Below, in pieces: positions 49,761 to 59,852 of a stretch of DNA of 62,755 bases. The stretch is from Campylobacterales bacterium. Its GTDB lineage: Bacteria > Campylobacterota > Campylobacteria > Campylobacterales > QNZT01. The position numbers and the translations under genes are program-made. The stretch lies in the NCBI GenBank assembly GCA_027068765.1, contig JAMOMC010000112.1, positions 1-62,755 on the forward strand, written 5' to 3'. How positions within the stretch are numbered: position 1 is the stretch's first letter; each line of letters starts with the position of its first letter. Below the pieces are notes generated by a model. The model was not told the origin of the DNA and did no database searches. It saw nothing but the letters and a program-made list of their open reading frames with translations.

Positions 49761-50583
49761 ACTAGCTAAAAATTATGGTTTTTGTTTTGGAGTTGAGAGG
49801 GCTATTGATATTGCAGAAAACTCCAAAGATGCTACAACTATTGGACCATTAATTCACAATAATGAAGAGATAAATCGTCTTAAAGAGAATTTTAATGTAG
49901 TTACATCAAATAATATAAGTGAGTTAAATGGAGCAAAAAAAGCGATAATTAGAACACACGGTATCACAAAAGATGATTTTGAAGAGTTAAAAAAAACAGA
50001 TATTGAGCTTATAGATGCAACTTGCCCTTTTGTGACAAAACCACAAGAGATTGTCAAAGAGATGAGTGATTATGGTTATAAAGTAGTTATTTTTGGAGAT
50101 GCAAATCATCCTGAGGTAAAAGGTGTAAAGAGTTATGCTACAAATAGTCCTGTTGTTGTTATGAGTGTTGATGAGTTAAAAAATCTTAATATCAAACAAA
50201 AAGTTGCTGTTATTTCTCAGACAACTAGAAAAATTAGTGAGTTTCAAAAAATTATAAATTTTCTTGTGACAGAAGTAAAAGAAGTTAGAGTATTTAACAC
50301 TATCTGTAATGCAACATTTGACAATCAAGAGGCTGCAAAAGAGTTATCATATGATTCAGATGTCATAATAGTAATTGGAGGTAAAAACTCTTCAAATACG
50401 AAACAACTTTTAAGTATTGTATCGGAAAATTGTAATGATAGTTATCTTATTGAGAATGAGTTAGAGCTTAGATTAGAGTGGTTTAAAAACAAAAAAAAGT
50501 GTGGAATTACAGCGGGAGCATCTACTCCTAATTGGATTATTGAAAAAATTGTTGAAACTATAAGAAATTTTTCAGTAACATGA
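49750..50583 (+). CDS. ispH: 4-hydroxy-3-methylbut-2-enyl diphosphate reductase
   Basis: [31 protein letters not shown]; probable TTG start at 49750. Confidence 0.97.
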
Positions 50584-50608
50584 GCAAATTTTAAAAGCAA
50601 AAAGGATT

Positions 50609-52306
50609 GTGATGTTAAATGAGGTGGGCACTAAAGTACATAGTAAAAGTGCTATTGAAGCGATGGATTTAGGAGATGAAGGAGATTTTGCGTCGATGTT
50701 TGAGGCGTCGCTCAAAAAAGAGAAGAGCGGCAGTTTAGTTGAGGGTGTTATCGTAGCTATAAAAGATGAAGATGAGAGTATTTTAATTGATGTTGGTAAA
50801 AAGCAAGAGGGAGTTTTGCGAAAATCTGAGATTTTAGACGAAAATGGTGAACTTATTTTTGGTATCGGTGATAAAATTACGGTAGTAATTACAGGTTATA
50901 GAAATGAAAGACCAGGCTTGTCATATAAAAAGGCAATAAAAAGTAAAAAAGTTGAAGAGTTTATCTCAAGCTATAGTGAAGATGTTGAGGTAATTATTGA
51001 TGGTGTAATTGTTGGTAAAAATAAAGGTGGTTACATAGTTGAAGCTGATGATGTAGAGTTCTTTTTACCAAAATCACAAGCATATTTTAAAGATTCAAAC
51101 ACAATCGTTGGAAAAAAAGTAAAAGCAAAGGTTATTAAAGTTGATAAAGATGCTAAATCTATTGTAATTTCTAGAAAAGTTTTGATAGAGCTTGATCGTG
51201 AAAAAAGACAAGAGATTATAGATGTACTTTTAGAAAAAAATGAGATTACAAGAGGCGTTATTAAAAAGATAACTTCTTATGGAATGTTTGTAGATGTTGG
51301 TGGTGTTGATGGTTTAGTCCACTATAGTGAGATAAGCTATAAAGGTCCAGTTAATCCATCAAATGTTTATGAAGAGGGTGAAGAGATAGAGGTTAAAGCT
51401 ATAAAATATGACCAAGAAAAAAGACATCTTTCTCTCTCTATTAAGGCTACAATCGAAGATCCTTGGGATGATTTAGCAGAGCAGTTAGAAGTTGGAGATG
51501 CTGTAAAGGTATTGGTTAGCAATATTGAGCCTTATGGTGCATTTGTAGATTTAGGAAATGATGTAGAGGGGTTTTTACATGTATCTGAAGTCTCTTGGGA
51601 TAAAAATATCAAACATCCAAAAGATTATTTAGAAGTTGATCAAGAGATTGATGTTGAAATTGTTGAGATGGATTTTGAGAAGAAAAAACTTAGAGTTTCA
51701 CTTAAAAATATTCTTCCAAAGCCATTTGAAGGTTTTACAAAGACGCATAAGTCAGGGGATAATGTTAAAGGTGTCATCACAACAATTACGAACTTTGGTG
51801 CTTTTGTTAAGATAGGAAGTGTTGAGGGATTGCTTCATAATGAAGATGCATCTTGGGATAGGTCTCAAAAATGTAGAGATCTTTTCAAAGAGGGTGATGA
51901 GGTTGAAGTAAAAATTATCAAGATTGATTATGATAAAGAGAATATATCTCTTAGTAAAAAAGATCTTGAAGAGAGTCCTATTGATGTTTTTGCAAAAACT
52001 CATAAAACGGGTGATATTGTTATGGCTAAAGTTAGAGATAAAAAAGAGTTTGGTGTTTTCGTAGAGTTAGAAGATGGTGTAGATGCACTTATAAGACACG
52101 AAGATTTAGGAGAGAAGAGTGCAGATGAGTTAGAGGTTGGTGAAGAGCTTGAAGCTGCAATCTCTTTTATAGATACTGATAAAAATAGAATTAGACTCAA
52201 TGTTAAAAAAGTAGCTCGCCTAAAAGAGAAAGCTCAGTTAGAAGAGTACAATAATGACGAGAGATCAACTTTAGGTGATGTTTTAAAAGATCAGTTAAAT
52301 AAATAA
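50609..52306 (+). CDS. rpsA: 30S ribosomal protein S1
   Basis: Six S1 repeats (YGMFVD, YGAFVD, FGAFVK, FGVFVE). Confidence 0.97.
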   Translation: MMLNEVGTKVHSKSAIEAMDLGDEGDFASMFEASLKKEKSGSLVEGVIVAIKDEDESILIDVGKKQEGVLRKSEILDENGELIFGIGDKITVVITGYRNERPGLSYKKAIKSKKVEEFISSYSEDVEVIIDGVIVGKNKGGYIVEADDVEFFLPKSQAYFKDSNTIVGKKVKAKVIKVDKDAKSIVISRKVLIELDREKRQEIIDVLLEKNEITRGVIKKITSYGMFVDVGGVDGLVHYSEISYKGPVNPSNVYEEGEEIEVKAIKYDQEKRHLSLSIKATIEDPWDDLAEQLEVGDAVKVLVSNIEPYGAFVDLGNDVEGFLHVSEVSWDKNIKHPKDYLEVDQEIDVEIVEMDFEKKKLRVSLKNILPKPFEGFTKTHKSGDNVKGVITTITNFGAFVKIGSVEGLLHNEDASWDRSQKCRDLFKEGDEVEVKIIKIDYDKENISLSKKDLEESPIDVFAKTHKTGDIVMAKVRDKKEFGVFVELEDGVDALIRHEDLGEKSADELEVGEELEAAISFIDTDKNRIRLNVKKVARLKEKAQLEEYNNDERSTLGDVLKDQLNK

Positions 52307-52319
52307 TTAAGAGGGTTTT

Positions 52320-52580
52320 GTGAAAAAGAGGTATCTCTATCTAGTTTTTACAAGTTTAAGTATTCTTGTTGTTCTTTTGATTGCTGTTATATTTAAGCTT
52401 TCAAAGACAACAAATGCACAAGAGGAAACACTTCTTTTCAAAACACAAGAGTCTGAAAAATTACAAACCTTGGTTAAGGCACAAAATTATAAAGATAGCT
52501 GGGTTGGAAAAATATCAAAAGAGACAAATCAAAAAACATATCAGTATAGTGAAGAAAAATTTTATATAGAGTTCAATTAG
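52320..52580 (+). CDS. Small membrane-anchored hypothetical protein
   Basis: Single N-terminal TM; fills the rpsA-serA gap with an RBS. Confidence 0.7.
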   Translation: MKKRYLYLVFTSLSILVVLLIAVIFKLSKTTNAQEETLLFKTQESEKLQTLVKAQNYKDSWVGKISKETNQKTYQYSEEKFYIEFN

Positions 52581-52593
52581 GGTAGGGGAAAAA

Positions 52594-54174
52594 ATGAAGA
52601 AAATAATAGTATGTGATGCGATACACCAAAAAGGTTTAGATATATTGGAAGCTTGTTTAGATGTGGAGTTTATAGATGCTTCAAAAGAGTCAAAGGATAA
52701 GCTTTTAGAAATTGTTGGAGAGTATGATGTTGCGATTACTAGAAGTTCAACTGATGTTGATCAAAAGTTTATAGAAAAAGCTACAAATATAACTTCAATT
52801 GTAAGAGCTGGAGTTGGGGTTGATAATGTTGATATAGAGGGTTGCAGTAAAAAAGGAATAGTTGTTATGAATGTTCCAACTGCAAACACTATCGCTGCGG
52901 TTGAGCTTACTATGGCTCATCTGCTCTCAAGTGCAAGAAGTTTTCCAAATGCGAATAATCATCTAAAATATGATCGTATCTGGAAGAGAGAGAAGTGGTA
53001 TGGTATTGAGTTAAAGGGAAAAAAATTAGGTGTTATTGGTTTTGGAAATATTGGAAGTAGAGTCTCCAAAAGAGCTTTAGCTTTTGAGATGGAAGTTATA
53101 GCATATGATCCATATATTGATTCTTCTCGTGCATTAGATAGTGGTGTGGGTTATACTTCGAATTTTGATGATATTTTAGACTGTGATTTTATAACTATTC
53201 ACACACCTAAAAATAAAGAGACCATAGATATGATAAATTTTGAAGAGATTGAAAAGATGAAAGATGGTGTAAGGCTTATAAACTGTGCAAGAGGTGGCTT
53301 GTATAATGAAGATGCACTATATAATGGTTTGAAATCTGGCAAAATTGCATATGCTGGAATTGATGTTTTTACAAAAGAGCCAGCAGTTGACAATAAACTT
53401 TTAGAGCTTGATAATATTTCAGTCACTCCTCATCTTGGAGCAAATACAGTAGAATCGCAACAAAAAATAGCTATAGAGGCAGCAGAACAAGCCATAAGTG
53501 CGGCAAAAGGTATCAGCTATCCAAATGCATTAAATTTAGCTTATAAAGAGAGTGAATTGCCTCAATTTGTAAAGCCATTTTTGCTACTTGCAGGAAAGAT
53601 GGGTTATTTAGCTTCACAAATTAATCTTGGACATGTTAAATCTATAAAAGTTATAGCTGAGGGTGAGATTTCTAATTATTTAGAGCCTTTGATAACTTTT
53701 GCTTTGGTTGGAAGTTTAAAAGAGTCTATGGGTGAGATGATAAATTATGTTAATGCTGATTTTGTTGCAAAAGAGAAATCTATACTTATTCAAGGTATAA
53801 AAGAGGCAAATAGAAGTGAGTATAAAAACAAGATTCAAATCGCACTTACAACTGATAAAGATTACGTTTTAATTGGTGGTACAGTTTTTGATGAGGAGAT
53901 TGAAAAAATTGTTCATGTAAATAAGATAAAATTAGATTTTAAACCAAAAGGGAGAATGATATTTTTCTCAAACAGTGATAAACCTGGAGTTATTGCAAAT
54001 ATCTCCAAAGCTTTGACTGAACACAATATAAATATTGCAGATTTTAGATTAGGTAGAGGTGAACATGGAAATGCTTTTGCTGTTGTAGTTGTTGATGAAG
54101 CAGTTAGTAAAGATGTACTTCGTAAATTAGAGAGTATTGAAAATTGTAATAAAGTAGCATATGCTACTTTATAA
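52594..54174 (+). CDS. serA: D-3-phosphoglycerate dehydrogenase
   Basis: RAGVGVDNVD, GFGNIG, NCARGG, TPHLGANT, C-terminal ACT domain. Confidence 0.96.
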   Translation: MKKIIVCDAIHQKGLDILEACLDVEFIDASKESKDKLLEIVGEYDVAITRSSTDVDQKFIEKATNITSIVRAGVGVDNVDIEGCSKKGIVVMNVPTANTIAAVELTMAHLLSSARSFPNANNHLKYDRIWKREKWYGIELKGKKLGVIGFGNIGSRVSKRALAFEMEVIAYDPYIDSSRALDSGVGYTSNFDDILDCDFITIHTPKNKETIDMINFEEIEKMKDGVRLINCARGGLYNEDALYNGLKSGKIAYAGIDVFTKEPAVDNKLLELDNISVTPHLGANTVESQQKIAIEAAEQAISAAKGISYPNALNLAYKESELPQFVKPFLLLAGKMGYLASQINLGHVKSIKVIAEGEISNYLEPLITFALVGSLKESMGEMINYVNADFVAKEKSILIQGIKEANRSEYKNKIQIALTTDKDYVLIGGTVFDEEIEKIVHVNKIKLDFKPKGRMIFFSNSDKPGVIANISKALTEHNINIADFRLGRGEHGNAFAVVVVDEAVSKDVLRKLESIENCNKVAYATL

Positions 54175-54188
54175 TTAGTAGAAGTTTC

Positions 54189-55745
54189 TTATTTAGCCAT
54201 AGTACTACTAAACCCTTTGCCATACTCTTTTTTATTATGACATATAGGATTACAAGAGCCACCATCTGGAGTCTTTATATATCTTAACCTAAACTCAGTG
54301 CCAGAAAATTGAGTCTTCTCTTTTATAAGAGGATTTGGTTTTTTTGCACCGTGAACATCATGACAAGTTGTACAGACAATAGATCGATCTTTTACATGTA
54401 TAGTGTGTAGATTTTTCTCATTTATTCTAAAATTTGTTTGGGTTGTAGTTTTTCTCTCAGTTATTTTCTCCTCTTGATGACAATTAAAACATACATAACT
54501 CTCTGGCTTGAATGGTATAATGCTTTTTGTTGGAAATGGTCCCTTTAGCATTCTATGATAATCAGATCCGTGAGGGTTATGACAACCTGCACAATCACCT
54601 TGTTTGATAGGTCCATGCCATCTTCCATTCTCTTTTAGATGCTTTTTAATATTTTGAAGTTTTTTCCCATCTTCATCTCTTATTAACACTTTATTGTGAC
54701 AAGTTAAACATAAATCTCTTACTGTTTTTCCCTTTATCATTTTTGGCTTACCAGTGTAGTGAGGGTCATGGCAAGCTATACAACCACCATTTTTAAGATC
54801 TATCGCACCGTGTTTGTTTTTTACATTTTTAATCCACTCTTTTTTCTCTTTATGACAAGTTAAACATAGTGCTTTTCTCTTATCTGCTTTTAATCTCTCT
54901 TTATTTTGTCCTGCATGAGGGTCATGACAAGCAGCACAATTTTTCTTGACAGGAGGATGGACATTTTTAGTACTTTTTTTGATAAATTTTTTCTTATTTT
55001 TATGACATGATACACACAGTTTTGCTGTACTTGACTCTTTTAGCATTCTATAATTGTTGGATCCGTGAGGATTGTGACAGCCTGCACAATCACCTTGTTT
55101 GATAGGACTATGTAAAACTTTGCTTTTGTCAAAAAATCTTTTCATATTTTTTATAGTTTTTCCATCTTCATCTCTTTTTAATTTTTTATTGTGACAAGAT
55201 AAACAGAGTTCTTTTGTTGTATCTGATCTTAGCATCTTGGCTCTACCAGTGTAGTGAGGGTCATGACAAAAGAAACAGCCACCATCTTTAAGATTTATCG
55301 CACCGTGTTTGTTTTTTACATTTTTAATCCACTTCTTTTTATCTGTATGGCAAGTTAGACAGAGGTCTTTTTGCTTATCAGCTTTTAATCTAAATTGTAA
55401 ATCTCCAGAGTGAGGATCATGGCAACCTGTACAATCTTTTAAAACTGGAGGATGTACATTTTTTTTAATCTGTTTTACAAGTTTTCGTTTGTCTGAATGA
55501 CACAATATACACGACTCAATAGGAGCAGCTCTTAAAAGTTTAGCTTTTTTTGAAGATAAGTTGTGACATAAACTACATGAACCTGCTAAGATTGGTTTAT
55601 GAATATATTTTCTATCTTGTTTAACATCGTGACACTCTTTACAACTTTTTTGTTTATCCTCTTTTGTATGTTTATAAGGCTCATTAGCAGATAAAGAGAT
55701 AGTAAATATAGCTTGGCAAAATAGTATAAGTATGATATTTTTCAT
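54189..55745 (-). CDS. Exported multiheme cytochrome c (16 CXXCH + 1 CX3CH), doubled-CXXCH family
   Basis: Signal peptide; repeated CxxCHDPH/CHNPH...LCxxCH pairs; terminal CNPICH. Confidence 0.92.
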   Translation of the reverse strand: MKNIILILFCQAIFTISLSANEPYKHTKEDKQKSCKECHDVKQDRKYIHKPILAGSCSLCHNLSSKKAKLLRAAPIESCILCHSDKRKLVKQIKKNVHPPVLKDCTGCHDPHSGDLQFRLKADKQKDLCLTCHTDKKKWIKNVKNKHGAINLKDGGCFFCHDPHYTGRAKMLRSDTTKELCLSCHNKKLKRDEDGKTIKNMKRFFDKSKVLHSPIKQGDCAGCHNPHGSNNYRMLKESSTAKLCVSCHKNKKKFIKKSTKNVHPPVKKNCAACHDPHAGQNKERLKADKRKALCLTCHKEKKEWIKNVKNKHGAIDLKNGGCIACHDPHYTGKPKMIKGKTVRDLCLTCHNKVLIRDEDGKKLQNIKKHLKENGRWHGPIKQGDCAGCHNPHGSDYHRMLKGPFPTKSIIPFKPESYVCFNCHQEEKITERKTTTQTNFRINEKNLHTIHVKDRSIVCTTCHDVHGAKKPNPLIKEKTQFSGTEFRLRYIKTPDGGSCNPICHNKKEYGKGFSSTMAK

Positions 55746-55989
55746 TTTAACCTTTTCTATTAGTTTTATATTATAATATTTTATTAATGGTAATGATACT
55801 GTTAATATACTTATACTTTAGGTAATTTTTTTTACTCACTAGTTGATATAATAAATTTTAATAATGAGATAGTTGCAAATATATAATAAAAACTTATAAT
55901 AAAAAGAGATTTTTTTAATAAATTACTAAGTATAACTTATGTAGAATTCTCTTCATAATTAAATATATTTTTAAATATTGGGGGTTTAT

Positions 55990-57417
55990 GTGAAAAAAGT
56001 ACTTTTTTTAATCTGTTTTTTCTTTATTGCATCTTTGTTTGCAAATGAGAGTGTAGCTTATGAAAAGCTATCTTTAAAGGATGCACAAGAGATTGTAAAA
56101 AAAGATAATCTTGAGATAAATATCGCTAAGTTTGATAAGCAAGTTGCATCTTTGGGAGAGAAAATTGCTTTAGGTTATAGCTTTGGTAAATTAGATGCAC
56201 AGATGTTAGGACTTCGATCAAACGATGCTGGAAATGTGTTTGGTTTTAAGCTTCAAAGTAGAGAAGCTACTTTTGGAGATTTTGGATTTTCTGAATTTTT
56301 AAGTGGAGTTGGCGGAGCTATTGGAGCTAGTGGTGGAGATTTTGCATCTTTTGCAAATATGATGGCTGATCCTAAAATGAGTGGGGAGCTTTTAAATACA
56401 ACTCCAAAAGATTTGAATTTTCCAGATGATAGAAATCATTTTGACTTTAAACTCACATATGCTCTTCCTCTATATACTGGTGGAAAACTCTCTTATTATC
56501 GTGATATCTCTAAAAAGATGGTTAAAATGGGTGAATTAGATCGTCAAAAAGTTGAAGCTTTGAAGATGTATGAGGTTAGAAAAACATATTATGATATTTC
56601 ACTTTTGTATCAGTTTGAGAGTGATTTAACTAAAATCAGGGAAAATATTGAGAAGTTAAAAAAATCAACAACTCTTTTAAGAGATGAGGGATATGCTAGA
56701 AAAACAGATCTTTTAGAGGTTGAAGCAAAACTATCAAATGTCGAGAGAATGTTATTTAGTTCGCAAACAAATAGGGATTTGGCTTATGAGTTTTTAAGTT
56801 TTTTACTAAATGCAGAGGTTAAATCGATAAAAAAGCTTCCTCTTAATGTAGTTGAACATAATGTAACACTTGAAGATATTTTAGTAAAAAATAGAGATAT
56901 TCAAAAGGCAAAGTTAGGGTTAGAGATACAGTCTAAAATGCTTTTAGTTTCAAAAGCATCTTTTAAACCTGAAATTGGTGCATTTGCTGAGTATGGGAGT
57001 AGTGATGATAAGTTTTTAAATGATTTTAAAGAGCATGACAGATATACAATAGGCGTTCAAGCAAAATTAAATATCTTAAATGGTGGTATAGATAGTGCCA
57101 AGATTGAGCAAGAGAAAGTAAAAAGATTAAAAGTTAAAAAGCAAATAGAGTTAGCTACAAAAGGTATAACTTTACTTTATGACAAGATAAATACGGAGAT
57201 TAAAAATCTTGATAAACAGATAGATAGTATTAAAAAAGAGATAGAGCTTATGGATGAGATTTATCTATCTTATCAAGAGAGATACAAAGAAGGATTGGCA
57301 TCTATAAATGATGTTGTGATTAAACAATCTTTACAAATTGAGAAACTTTTGAAATTAGTTGAACTTCAAAATAGTAGAAATGAGAAAGTTTCTCAAATAT
57401 TTAAATTAGCCTATTAG
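55990..57417 (+). CDS. TolC-family outer-membrane efflux protein
   Basis: Probable GTG start; signal peptide; LPLYTGG, LNILNGG, RYKEGLAS. Confidence 0.85.
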   Translation: MKKVLFLICFFFIASLFANESVAYEKLSLKDAQEIVKKDNLEINIAKFDKQVASLGEKIALGYSFGKLDAQMLGLRSNDAGNVFGFKLQSREATFGDFGFSEFLSGVGGAIGASGGDFASFANMMADPKMSGELLNTTPKDLNFPDDRNHFDFKLTYALPLYTGGKLSYYRDISKKMVKMGELDRQKVEALKMYEVRKTYYDISLLYQFESDLTKIRENIEKLKKSTTLLRDEGYARKTDLLEVEAKLSNVERMLFSSQTNRDLAYEFLSFLLNAEVKSIKKLPLNVVEHNVTLEDILVKNRDIQKAKLGLEIQSKMLLVSKASFKPEIGAFAEYGSSDDKFLNDFKEHDRYTIGVQAKLNILNGGIDSAKIEQEKVKRLKVKKQIELATKGITLLYDKINTEIKNLDKQIDSIKKEIELMDEIYLSYQERYKEGLASINDVVIKQSLQIEKLLKLVELQNSRNEKVSQIFKLAY

Positions 57418-57426
57418 GAGAGAATA

Positions 57427-58218
57427 ATGAAGAGAATTTTAATTTTATTGGTAATGATAGCAGGATATATAAATGCTGCACAGTTTGAGTTAACAGGTAC
57501 GGTAGTCTCCGATAATAGTAAAATGTTAACAAGTAGATATATGGGTTTTATAAAAGCAGTCCATGTTGCTGAGGGAGATAGAGTTACAAAAGGAGAGCTT
57601 CTTTATGAGATTGATTCAAAAGAGATTGATAGTGCAAAAGCTCAAGTTGAGCTTATGATACAGCAAGCTATTTTATCTCTTGGGATGTATCAATCTCAAC
57701 ATACAAATCTTCTTTTAAATCTGCAAAGAAATAGAAGACTTTATGCAAAAGATGTAGTCTCAAAATTTCAACTTGAAAATTTAGAGCTTGGTGAGAAAAA
57801 TTTAAGAGATATGATAAAAGTTGCAAAAAAACAGGTGGCACAAGCAAAAGCCAGACTTAAAGAGGTTGAAAATCAATATAATTATCTAAGAGTTAGAGCG
57901 CCAAATGATGGAGTTATTGTTCAAAAAAATATAAATGAAGGAGAGATGGCAATGCCTGGAATGCCAGCTTTAGTTCTTACAGATTTGTCAACTCTTAAGA
58001 TTGTCATAGAGGTCTCTGAGAAAAATTTAAAACATATTAAAATTGGAAAAGAGGTGAAAGTTTTGATACCATCAGCAGATTTTGAAGGTGTTGGAAAAAT
58101 TGCATCTATTATTCCTAACTCTAATCCTATGACTCATTCGTTTAAGGTAAAAATTAGTTTTGATGCTTCGGATAAAGTGATTTATCCTGGATTTTATACA
58201 AAAGTTACATTTAACTAA
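57427..58218 (+). CDS. RND periplasmic adaptor subunit
   Basis: VAEGDRVTKGELL lipoyl-like halves, helical hairpin, VRAPNDGVI. Confidence 0.92.
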   Translation: MKRILILLVMIAGYINAAQFELTGTVVSDNSKMLTSRYMGFIKAVHVAEGDRVTKGELLYEIDSKEIDSAKAQVELMIQQAILSLGMYQSQHTNLLLNLQRNRRLYAKDVVSKFQLENLELGEKNLRDMIKVAKKQVAQAKARLKEVENQYNYLRVRAPNDGVIVQKNINEGEMAMPGMPALVLTDLSTLKIVIEVSEKNLKHIKIGKEVKVLIPSADFEGVGKIASIIPNSNPMTHSFKVKISFDASDKVIYPGFYTKVTFN

Positions 58219-58226
58219 AAGGGGAT

Positions 58227-59852
58227 TTGATGCAAGAGAAAAATATCTCTAATATAAAAGTTACAGATTATGCTGGTAAATTAGCAAAAGCATTTATCTA
58301 TAATCCTTTAACTCCTATACTAGCTCTGTTTTTGCTGGCTATTGGGTATCTCTCTTTGGTTATTATGCCAAGGGAGGAGGATCCTCAAATTGCGATTAGT
58401 GGTGGTACTGTTATGGTGGTACTTCCTGGTGCTACTCCAAAAGAGATAGACAATATCATAGTAAAACCGTTAGAGAGAAAACTTCGAGAGATTTCAGGGG
58501 TTGAGCATATCTATGGAGTAGCTACTGATAATGTTGGAATTATCAATGTGATGTATAAGATAGGTGAAAATAGAGAAGATTCAAATCTGAAACTTTATGA
58601 TAAAGTGATGCAAAATATGGAACTTTTACCAAAAGGAGCGATGCAACCTCTTATAAAACCTTTTGATATAGATATAGATGTACCTATAGTAACTGTTGCT
58701 TTTTATCTAAAAGAGTCATCAACTCTAAAAAATGTTGAACTGTTTAAGAGTGTTAGAGATATACAACAAGATTTTAATGAGATAGAAAATGTTTCTAAAA
58801 CAACTTTAAAAGGTGAACACAAAGAGCAGTACAATGTAAAAGTAGATCTCTTTAAACTCTCAGGTTATCATCTTTCTTTAGGGCAGATTATGGAGAGTTT
58901 AAAATCTTTAGCTTCAAATGTACCTGATGTTAAAAGTAAAGTTAGTGATGGAAGTATCATAGTTTTTGGTGTTAAAAATGCGATAGAGAGTGTTGAAGAT
59001 GTTGGAAATGTTATAGTCGCATCTTATATGAACTCTCCAATTTATCTAAAAGATGTGGCAACGGTTGAAAAAACATATGATACTCAAAACTATAAAGGGG
59101 CAGAGATTGTCTATAAAGATGGAGAAAATTTTACTAATACAAAAGAGCAAATTACTCTCTCTATCTCAAAATTAAAAGGTACAAATGCTGTAAATGTTGC
59201 ATCTTTAGTAGTTGAGAAATTAAGCCTTTATAAGAAAGATTTGAGTGAAGCTGGTATAGGTTATGTTGTGACTAGAAACTACGGAAGCAGGGCAGATGAG
59301 GCTGTAAATGAGCTTGTCCATCATCTTGTGATTACTATTTTAATAATTGCTGTTGTTTTGGTTTTGGCACTTGGATGGAGAGAGTCTTTGATAGTTACAT
59401 TTACTGTTCCTGCGATTTTGGCAATTACACTTTTTATAGCATATTTGACGGATCAATCGATAAATAGAATTACACTGTTTGCATTTTTGCTAAGTCTTGG
59501 TCTGCTTGTAGATGCTGCAATCATTGTTATAGAAAATATACATAGGCACATGCATGACCATAGTGCGATAGATAGAGATAAATCTGAAATCATAATAACA
59601 GCAACAGATGAGATTGGAGCTCCAACAAATGTAGCAACTTTGGCTATTATCTTGACTATGGTTCCGATGGCTTTTGTTGGTGGTATGATGGGTGAGTTTA
59701 TGAAACCTATACCTTATAATGTTCCTGTTGCTCTTTTTGCATCTTTGGTTGTGGCTTATATATTTACTCCATATCTTGCAAATAAAATGCTTAAAAAACC
59801 AAAATTACATCATCATAAACACCATTTTCAAAAAGAGGATAAAAAATCATGA
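58227..59852 (+). CDS. RND permease, N-terminal half (AcrB/AcrD/AcrF family)
   Basis: PREEDPQI, KPLERKL, LGLLVDAAIIVIENI; His-rich C-terminal tail. Confidence 0.9.
   Translation: MMQEKNISNIKVTDYAGKLAKAFIYNPLTPILALFLLAIGYLSLVIMPREEDPQIAISGGTVMVVLPGATPKEIDNIIVKPLERKLREISGVEHIYGVATDNVGIINVMYKIGENREDSNLKLYDKVMQNMELLPKGAMQPLIKPFDIDIDVPIVTVAFYLKESSTLKNVELFKSVRDIQQDFNEIENVSKTTLKGEHKEQYNVKVDLFKLSGYHLSLGQIMESLKSLASNVPDVKSKVSDGSIIVFGVKNAIESVEDVGNVIVASYMNSPIYLKDVATVEKTYDTQNYKGAEIVYKDGENFTNTKEQITLSISKLKGTNAVNVASLVVEKLSLYKKDLSEAGIGYVVTRNYGSRADEAVNELVHHLVITILIIAVVLVLALGWRESLIVTFTVPAILAITLFIAYLTDQSINRITLFAFLLSLGLLVDAAIIVIENIHRHMHDHSAIDRDKSEIIITATDEIGAPTNVATLAIILTMVPMAFVGGMMGEFMKPIPYNVPVALFASLVVAYIFTPYLANKMLKKPKLHHHKHHFQKEDKKS

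Noticed and set aside
52320-52580. Possible truncation of the conserved rpsA-serA intervening gene
   Set aside because: It seems shorter than homologues I recall, but there is no leftover sequence or frameshift to support a pseudogene call
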